DNA of 64,000 bases, taken from the NCBI GenBank assembly GCA_965217775.1, contig CBDCJH010000002.1, positions 5,056,001-5,120,000 on the forward strand. The letters run 5' to 3'. The DNA comes from Acidobacteriota bacterium. GTDB lineage: Bacteria > Acidobacteriota > UBA6911 > RPQK01 > JAJDTT01. This document shows positions 54,575 through 61,148 of this stretch, piece by piece. Positions within the stretch are counted from its first letter, which is position 1, and the number at the start of each line of letters is the position of its first letter. A program made the translations under genes and the position numbers. Under the pieces are notes generated by a model. The model saw only the letters and a list, made by a program, of their open reading frames with translations. It was not told where the DNA came from and ran no database searches.

Positions 54575-56242
54575 ATGCAACGGGAACAGTTGGAGGTGGA
54601 CGTTCTCTTCGTCGGTGCGGGACCGGCTTGCTTGAGTGCCGCGTTCCACCTGTCGCGCCTGGTGAGCCGGCATGACCGTGAAGTGGCGGAAGGGGTCCGG
54701 CCGGGTTCGCCCCTGGGTGAGCAGCTCCTGCTGGTCGTGGAGAAGGGAAAGGAGATCGGATCCCATGCCCTGAGCGGCGCCATCGTGGACCCCCGGGCCT
54801 TTCGGAATCTGCTTCAGGATTTCCCCGGTGCGGAACCGCCGCTGGACGCTCTGGTGCGGAAAGAGGACGTCCTGTTCCTTACCGAAAAGTGGCATTTTCG
54901 GCTTCCCATGATCCCGCCGCCGTTGCACAACGAAGGCAACCACGTGGCCTCGCTGGGAAAGCTGGTGAAATGGCTGGCCGGCCTCTGCCAGGACCATGGG
55001 GTCGAGGTCTACCCCGAATTCCCGGCGGTCAAGCTCCTCCTGGAGGGGAATCGGGTGGTGGGCGCCCGGATGGGGGACCGGGGGCGGGACGCCAAGGGGC
55101 GGCCCAGGTCGCACTTCGAGCCCGGAACCGACGTACTGGCCAAAATCACCGTCTTGGGGGAAGGCCCCCGAGGCACGTTGACCCGCCAAGCGGAAGAACG
55201 ACTTGGACTGGACCGCGACAGCGGCCCGCAACTCTATTCGCTGGGTGTGAAGGAAGTCTGGCGGGTCCCGGGAATCGAGCCGGGACGGGTCTACCACACC
55301 TTCGGCTACCCGACTGGAACCCGGGAGTTCGGGGGAGGTTTCATCTACACCCTGACGCAGGAGCAGGTCCATGTGGGGTTCGTCGTGGGCCTGGACTCGC
55401 GAGATCCGCGGGAAGATGCCCACCGGCTGTTGCAGGAATACAAGCAACACCCCTTCGTGAGGCGCCTCCTGGAAGGAGGCCGGGTGGTCTCCTACGGCGC
55501 CAAGGCCATTCCGGAGGGGGGCTACCACTCGATGCCGCGGCTCTACGGCGACGGACTGCTCCTGGTGGGAGATTCGGCCGGATTCCTCAACCCCGCCCGG
55601 TTGAAGGGGATCCACTTGGCCATCGAATCGGGAATGATGGCGGCCGAGGCAGCTTTCGAGGCCCTGGTGGCGCGCGATTGTTCCGCCGACCGGTTGAAGC
55701 GGTACGACGAGTTGTTCCAAGCGAGTGAGGCCAGGAAGGAACTCCACTCCACCCGCAACTTCCGCCAGTCCTTCCAGCGGGGCTTCTGGACCGGCCTCCT
55801 CTACAACGGCTTCCAGACGCTGACCGGATTGGGTTGGGGAGGCGTCTGGAACACGGTGCCGGGCCATGAGCGTATGGTCAAAATGGACGGTTCCGGAGCA
55901 ACCGGAGAGGCGCCGTTTCCCGGGGACGGCGGCCTCACCTTCGACAAGCTCTCCGACGTCTACCTCTCGGACACGGCTCACGAGGAGGATCAGCCCAGCC
56001 ACCTCAAGATCTCGGACCTGGAGATCTGTCGCGACAAGTGCCGGCGGGAATACGGCAACCCTTGCCAGCATTTCTGTCCGGCGGGCGTCTACGAGATGGT
56101 GCAGGATGGGGACGGGCCCAGGCTCCAGGTCAACTTCACCAATTGTGTCCACTGCAAGACCTGCGACATCCTGGACCCCTATCAGGTGATCCTGTGGACT
56201 CCCCCCGAAGGGGGCGGCGGACCGGACTACAAGAACATGTGA
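54575..56242 (+). CDS. Electron transfer flavoprotein-quinone oxidoreductase
   Basis: VGAGPA, HALSGA, IPEGG, KGIHLA and C-terminal CPAGVY...NCVHCKTCDI. Confidence 0.93.
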   Translation: MQREQLEVDVLFVGAGPACLSAAFHLSRLVSRHDREVAEGVRPGSPLGEQLLLVVEKGKEIGSHALSGAIVDPRAFRNLLQDFPGAEPPLDALVRKEDVLFLTEKWHFRLPMIPPPLHNEGNHVASLGKLVKWLAGLCQDHGVEVYPEFPAVKLLLEGNRVVGARMGDRGRDAKGRPRSHFEPGTDVLAKITVLGEGPRGTLTRQAEERLGLDRDSGPQLYSLGVKEVWRVPGIEPGRVYHTFGYPTGTREFGGGFIYTLTQEQVHVGFVVGLDSRDPREDAHRLLQEYKQHPFVRRLLEGGRVVSYGAKAIPEGGYHSMPRLYGDGLLLVGDSAGFLNPARLKGIHLAIESGMMAAEAAFEALVARDCSADRLKRYDELFQASEARKELHSTRNFRQSFQRGFWTGLLYNGFQTLTGLGWGGVWNTVPGHERMVKMDGSGATGEAPFPGDGGLTFDKLSDVYLSDTAHEEDQPSHLKISDLEICRDKCRREYGNPCQHFCPAGVYEMVQDGDGPRLQVNFTNCVHCKTCDILDPYQVILWTPPEGGGGPDYKNM

Positions 56243-56297
56243 GTCGGCGACCGGCCGGCAGTGGCCGCCGTCAGGGAAACGCGACCAAAGGGGTCGT

Positions 56298-56399
56298 CCT
56301 ACGTCTGTTTCCTCACCCCTCTCTTCAGTCGAAGCACGGCTTCCACGCCCAGCCAAAGCGACAGCGCCAAGATGACTCCTCCCACGATCAGCAGCAGGT
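56298..56399 (-). repeat. Displaced duplicate of the cstA 3' end (direct repeat with 59472-59573)
   Basis: Encodes LLLIVGGVILALSLWLGVEAVLRLKRGVRKQT*; 7 substitutions relative to the cstA terminus. Confidence 0.92.
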
Positions 56400-56469
56400 A
56401 CGAGAAAGGGGACCGCGAGAAAGGGGACAGTCTATTTTTCCGGGAGAAAGGGGACAGTCTATTTTTCCC

Positions 56470-56586
56470 GGACGAGACTTGGTCACCAAGGATGACCTGG
56501 AGCGTGCGGTCGCACCGTTGGCCACGCGCGCCAGCCTCTACCGTGCCCTCTGGCTCCAGACCGGAGCTATTGTTGCCGCCGTTGCG
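56470..56586 (+). pseudogene. Fragment of a DUF1640/CCDC90-like coiled-coil gene
   Basis: DLVTKDDLERAVAPLATRASLYRALWLQTGAIVAAVA; no start codon; bounded by repeats. Confidence 0.5.
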
Positions 56587-56649
56587 AAAAGGGACAGTCC
56601 GGAAAGGGACAGTCTGTTTTCCGGGACGCTCGAAAGGGACCGTGAAGCG

Positions 56650-56758
56650 CGGACAAGGCGCGATGAGGGAGCATACCGGGAGTATGTGACCGAGTCGCAA
56701 CGCAGTCCGCCGGGATGCAGGGACGGTCGAATGCCGTGACGACTTTTGCCACGGGCTG
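56650..56758. mobile_element. MITE family A right half (second copy at 57243-57351)
   Basis: CGGACAAGGCGCGAT...GCATACCGGGAGTATGT...GACTTTTGCCACGGGCTG, followed by GTAG. Confidence 0.8.
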
Positions 56759-57013
56759 GTAGACATCGCCTCAGCGCGCAATGGTAAGGATCACAACGAT
56801 GGATTCGTCTGCCTCGATGGCGTAGCAGATACGCCAGTCGCCCACACGGATGCGCCACACAGCACTGACACCTCCAAGCTTTCGGGTGCCAGGTGGGCAC
56901 AAGTCGCCCGCCAATGCCTCAATCGAGGTGGACAATCGCCGAAGGGTTGCTCGCTCAACGATACTGCGGAGGTCTTTTTCTGCCCCTCTCGAAAGTATGA
57001 TCCGGCGGGTCAA
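56759..57013 (-). pseudogene. relE: RelE/ParE-family toxin, premature stop (copy 1)
   Basis: AEKDL, RKLGG and WRIRVGDWRICY; reads ...IAR*GDVY, so the TGA removes the conserved C-terminal Tyr. Confidence 0.8.
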
Positions 57014-57351
57014 AGATCCAGGTCACTTTTGAGATCATCGAAACTAAAGCAGCAGGCGACCAAGAAGGGGACCGCGACCAAGAAGGGGACAGTCTATTGT
57101 TCCGTGTGTTTCGGCCACGCGCGCCAGCCTCTACCGTGCCCTCTGGCTCCAGACCGGAGCTATTGTTGCCGCCGTTGCGAAAAGGGACAGTCCGGAAAGG
57201 GACAGTCTGTTTTCCGGGACGCTCGAAAGGGACCGTGAAGCGCGGACAAGGCGCGATGAGGGAGCATACCGGGAGTATGTGACCGAGTCGCAACGCAGTC
57301 CGCCGGGATGCAGGGACGGTCGAATGCCGTGACGACTTTTGCCACGGGCTG

Positions 57352-57606
57352 GTAGACATCGCCTCAGCGCGCAATGGTAAGGATCACAACGATGGATTCG
57401 TCTGCCTCGATGGCGTAGCAGATACGCCAGTCGCCCACACGGATGCGCCACACAGCACTGACACCTCCAAGCTTTCGGGTGCCAGGTGGGCACAAGTCGC
57501 CCGCCAATGCCTCAATCGAGTTGGACAATCGCCGAAGGGTTGCTCGCTCAACGATACTGCGGAGGTCTTTTTCTGCCCCTCTCGAAAGTATGATCCGGCG
57601 GGTCAA
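57352..57606 (-). pseudogene. relE: RelE/ParE-family toxin, premature stop (copy 2)
   Basis: Duplicate of copy 1 with the same TGA. Confidence 0.8.
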
Positions 57607-57906
57607 AGATCCAGGTCACTTTTGAGATCATCGAAACTAAAGCAGCAGGCGACCAAGAAGGGGACAGTCTATTGTTCCGTGTGTTTCCGGAGGCATAGAA
57701 CAGGCCACAAGAGTGCCGGCTCCTTTGGCCGCCAAGGCGACTCAGGTGGTCACTTGGTCGAGTTTCCGCGGTTGCTTCCTGAAACACGAGGCTTGCCGGG
57801 TTTCCTGAGTTTCCTTCGCCGTTCTCAGTTCTGAATCGTTGGTGTCATAAAGGGTTGCGAAACGACTCCCACGCGAGTCCGAGTCCGATTAACCGAACCG
57901 AGGATC

Positions 57907-58848
57907 GTGGCCATGGCCCGAGCCGCACGACACAAGAGCACAGAAGCCGCCTTCTATCACCTCACCAATCGAGTCGCCGGCAAATCCAATTGGTTCCCCT
58001 TTAAAAACCACCAAGCCGGTCGCAAACTCCTGGACATGATGTTGTTCTACGTCAATGCCTACCGGTGTCGTTTGGCCGCTTTCCAGATCATGGGCAATCA
58101 CTTCCACTTCGTCATCCATTTTGAGAAACTCCGCCCCTTGTCCCGCGAGGAGTTGGAGGAGAGCGCCCACAAGCTTTATGGACGACAGGCAGAGAAGAAA
58201 ACCGCCGATTGGACCGTCGCCCAGTGGGAGGCTTTCAACCAGCGTCTCTTTGACGTGTCGAAACTAATGCAGAACGTGGACGGGCAGTATGCCCTGTGGT
58301 TCAACCGCGAGTTTGAACGGCGAGGCCATCTTTGGGGTGATCGCTTCAAGAACCCGGAACTCTTGGGAAGCGAAGCCGTCCAGGACGCCATCCTCTACGT
58401 GGAACTCAATGCCGTCCGGGCCGGACTGGTCAAAAGGCCCGAGCAATGGAAATTCGGCTCGGCCCGCTGGAGACTCACCGGCGAGGATCAAGACCTGATT
58501 CCACTGGAGGAACTGTTCCCCTCGGATCCCGGAACCGAGGTGTACAGCAGTTACCAGGCTCGCTTGTACTATCGAGGAGCCGTCCCCACCCGGGAGAACC
58601 AGGCCGCGATCCCCCGGTGGATCCTCCATCAGGAGCAGCGACGTGGATTTACCCGTGCCGGAGCCTTTCGCCGTCGATTGCGATTTCTGACGGACGGATT
58701 GGCCGTCGGGCCGGCAGAGAAGGTGGCGCAGTTGCTGGAGACGTATCGGCAACAAGGTCGATATCGACGTCGCCGACACCCCATCCCCCAACTGGGCGGA
58801 GTGCTGTATTCTCTGCGGGAGCAGCGCTCGAACGCCTTCGTCACGTAG
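57907..58848 (+). CDS. REP-associated tyrosine transposase (RAYT, HUH Y1 family)
   Basis: FYHLTNR, IMGNHFH (HUH), RRGHLWGDRF and ILYVELNAVRAGLV...WKFGS (catalytic Tyr); C-terminal extension. Confidence 0.9.
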   Translation: MAMARAARHKSTEAAFYHLTNRVAGKSNWFPFKNHQAGRKLLDMMLFYVNAYRCRLAAFQIMGNHFHFVIHFEKLRPLSREELEESAHKLYGRQAEKKTADWTVAQWEAFNQRLFDVSKLMQNVDGQYALWFNREFERRGHLWGDRFKNPELLGSEAVQDAILYVELNAVRAGLVKRPEQWKFGSARWRLTGEDQDLIPLEELFPSDPGTEVYSSYQARLYYRGAVPTRENQAAIPRWILHQEQRRGFTRAGAFRRRLRFLTDGLAVGPAEKVAQLLETYRQQGRYRRRRHPIPQLGGVLYSLREQRSNAFVT

Positions 58849-58970
58849 AATCTTCTGATCCCCGACCCGCCAGACCTCCAACCGTCGATTCTGCCACCGC
58901 GGCACCGAACGACCCAGATCACGAGAACCACCCAATAGACTCTGGTCTTTCCCCATATTTTCTGACGGTT

Positions 58971-59184
58971 CAGGAGAACAGGGAGAAGGTTTGAACGAGG
59001 ATCGTGACGAGGCGGTCCAATCCCGGCAGCCCGGCCACGTCCCGGGTAATCAAGACTGTCCCTTTCCGTCCGGCATGCAGGAGAACAGGGAGAAGGTTTG
59101 AACGAGGATCGTGACGAGGCGGTCCAATCCCGGCAGCCCGGCCACGTCCCGGGTAATCAAGACTGTCCCTTTCCGTCCGGCATG
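58971..59184. repeat. Exact tandem duplication, 107-bp period
   Basis: CAGGAGAACAGGG...GACTGTCCCTTTCCGTCCGGCATG at 58971-59077 and 59078-59184. Confidence 0.9.
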
Positions 59185-59299
59185 GTCGCGCGAGAACAAC
59201 TCATTTGGCTGGAGAATAACTTCCACCGACGCGATTTCCTCATCGGAGGCGGACTGGCTGTACGTGGTCGCGCGCCGCGCGCCGGGAATCGAGACGGTC

Positions 59300-59437
59300 C
59301 CTTTCCGTCTGCGGGAGTATCCCCGCGCGCTGCAGGTGACACGGCTCAACAGACAGGGGAGTCTGTCCGTGGGCCAGCGCCGTTACTTTGTGTGTGAGGC
59401 GTTGGATCGGGAATGGGTGGGCAAGACTAACCTGTAA
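59300..59437 (+). pseudogene. IS481-like transposase C-terminal fragment
   Basis: EYPRALQVTRLNRQGSLSVGQRRYFVCEALDREWVG resembles the IS481 C-terminus. Confidence 0.6.
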
Positions 59438-59472
59438 AGGATGTCATGACACCAAACACACAAGGGTCGCCC

Positions 59473-61128
59473 CTACGTCTGTTTCCTCACGCCTCTCTTC
59501 AGTCGAAGCACGGCTTCGACGCCCAGCCAGAGTGAAAGCGCCAGGATGATTCCTCCCACGATCAGCAGCAGGTGCGCCCCGGAGGTCCAGAAATCGCGCA
59601 TCTTGAAGCACATGGCCACCAGTGTCGTGATGAGCATGAAAAGCATCGGAACGGCCGTGTACCAGAAGGGCCGCCTGCGGTGCATCAGGTACAGCGTCAC
59701 CGTCAGCAGGGTGAGTCCCGCCAGGACCTGATTGGTGGTCCCGAACAACTGCCAGAGCGCCAGGCCGGCGGCCTTCCCGTCCACTCGATAGAAGGCGAAG
59801 AATCCGATGGTGGCGACTGCCCCGAGAGACGCGACGTAACGGTTCGAGAGGATCCGGACTCCCAGGGTTTCGCCGATCTCGCTGATATTGAAGCGGAGCA
59901 GCCGGGTGGCCGAGTCCAGGGTGGTGAGGGCGAACGAGATGGCGATGAGGGCGACGAAGGCCTTGGCCAGTTCCAGGGGAATGCCCAGTTGGCTCATGAA
60001 CAGGGCGGCTCCGTCGATGAACGCTTTCATGTTCGGACCCAGGCCCAGGGCCATGTCCCAGCTCTGGTAGTGGGCCATCCAGAGGTCGCGCGTGAGGAAA
60101 CCGGCGGTGCAGGCCAGCACGGAGACGAGTCCCAGCAGCGATTCTCCGATCATGCCCCCGTAGCCGATGAAGGTGGCGTCGGTTTCCCGGTTGATCTGCT
60201 TTGCCGTGGTCCCCGAGGAGACGAGTCCGTGGAAGCCCGAGACGGCTCCGCAGGCGATGACGATGAAGACGAAGGGGAAGATGGGGGGAGCCCCGGGCGG
60301 ATGAGTCTGAACGGCCGGAGCCGCGAACTCGGGACCGAGCCAGAAGAACCCGGCGTAGATCAGGAACAGTCCCAGGTACAGAAGCAGTGAGTTGATGTAG
60401 TCCCTGGGTTGCAGCAGGGACCAGACCGGCAACACGGAAGCGGCCAGGCTGTAAGCCAGCAGGATCACGCTCCACTGTCCCAGGCTCAGATCGGGGCTGG
60501 GAAGCTCGACACCCATCCAGACACTCAGGAGGGTCACGGCGAAGGCCACGGCCGTGGCCTTCTTGATGGACGCGTTCCGCTTGTACACGAGCCAGCCCAC
60601 GACCAGAGCGACCACCATGAGGGTTCCGCTGGGGTAGACGGCCTGAGGGTTGTATTGGGTGGTCAGGAGCGTGGCCGAAACGTGGACGAAAACCCCCATG
60701 GCCAAGCCGATGAGGAAGAAGATGATGATGTGGAAAAGGCTCTTGGCCCGGGGACCCACGATGTCCTCGGCCACCTTTCCCACCGACATGCCCTTGGCGC
60801 GCATGGAGATCACCAAGGCGCTGAAGTCGTGGACGGCGCCGATGAACAGCGTTCCCAGGACCACCCAGAGCATGGCGGGCACCCATCCCCAAATCACCGC
60901 GATGGCGGGGCCCAACATGGGGGACAGGCCGGCGATGGAGGCATAATGATGTCCGAACAGCACCCATCGGTTCGCCGGTACGTAGTCCACTCCGTCGTTC
61001 AGTTCATGGGCGGGTGTGGTGGCGTTCGGATCCAGTTGAAAGATCCGGCGGCCCAGATACTTGCCGTAGAACTTGAAGCCGATCAGATAAAGGCAGAAGC
61101 AAAGCAGGGCGGCGAGGATCGGGCTCAT
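59473..61128 (-). CDS. cstA: Carbon starvation protein A family transporter
   Basis: TPAHELNDGVDYVP, GHHYASIAG, LLQPRDYIN, CGAVSGFH, TTLDSATRL and LFGTTNQ; start MSPIL at 61128. Confidence 0.95.
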   Translation of the reverse strand: MSPILAALLCFCLYLIGFKFYGKYLGRRIFQLDPNATTPAHELNDGVDYVPANRWVLFGHHYASIAGLSPMLGPAIAVIWGWVPAMLWVVLGTLFIGAVHDFSALVISMRAKGMSVGKVAEDIVGPRAKSLFHIIIFFLIGLAMGVFVHVSATLLTTQYNPQAVYPSGTLMVVALVVGWLVYKRNASIKKATAVAFAVTLLSVWMGVELPSPDLSLGQWSVILLAYSLAASVLPVWSLLQPRDYINSLLLYLGLFLIYAGFFWLGPEFAAPAVQTHPPGAPPIFPFVFIVIACGAVSGFHGLVSSGTTAKQINRETDATFIGYGGMIGESLLGLVSVLACTAGFLTRDLWMAHYQSWDMALGLGPNMKAFIDGAALFMSQLGIPLELAKAFVALIAISFALTTLDSATRLLRFNISEIGETLGVRILSNRYVASLGAVATIGFFAFYRVDGKAAGLALWQLFGTTNQVLAGLTLLTVTLYLMHRRRPFWYTAVPMLFMLITTLVAMCFKMRDFWTSGAHLLLIVGGIILALSLWLGVEAVLRLKRGVRKQT

Positions 61129-61148
61129 GGAAACGGTCTCCTGTGGGA

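Larger units (their letters stand above)
56403..57687 (+). repeat. Clusters of AAGGG(G)ACAGTC / AAGGG(G)ACCG short repeats
   Basis: Copies at about 56405-56468, 56587-56642, 57063-57100, 57180-57235 and 57656-57675; inverted copies GAC(T/G)GTCCCTTTCC at about 59054, 59161 and 59293. Confidence 0.85.
56520..57687. repeat. Tandem duplication, 593-bp period
   Basis: 56520-57112 is repeated from 57113. The second unit lacks one 18-bp repeat and has one substitution in relE (T to N). Confidence 0.93.

Noticed and set aside
56771-56773. TGA in relE as selenocysteine or programmed readthrough
   Set aside because: The position aligns with a conserved Arg, not Cys; a CGA-to-TGA mutation is simpler.
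56400-57687. CRISPR array or integron attC cassette array
   Set aside because: Repeats are short and irregularly spaced; no cas or intI gene and no attC-like structure identified.
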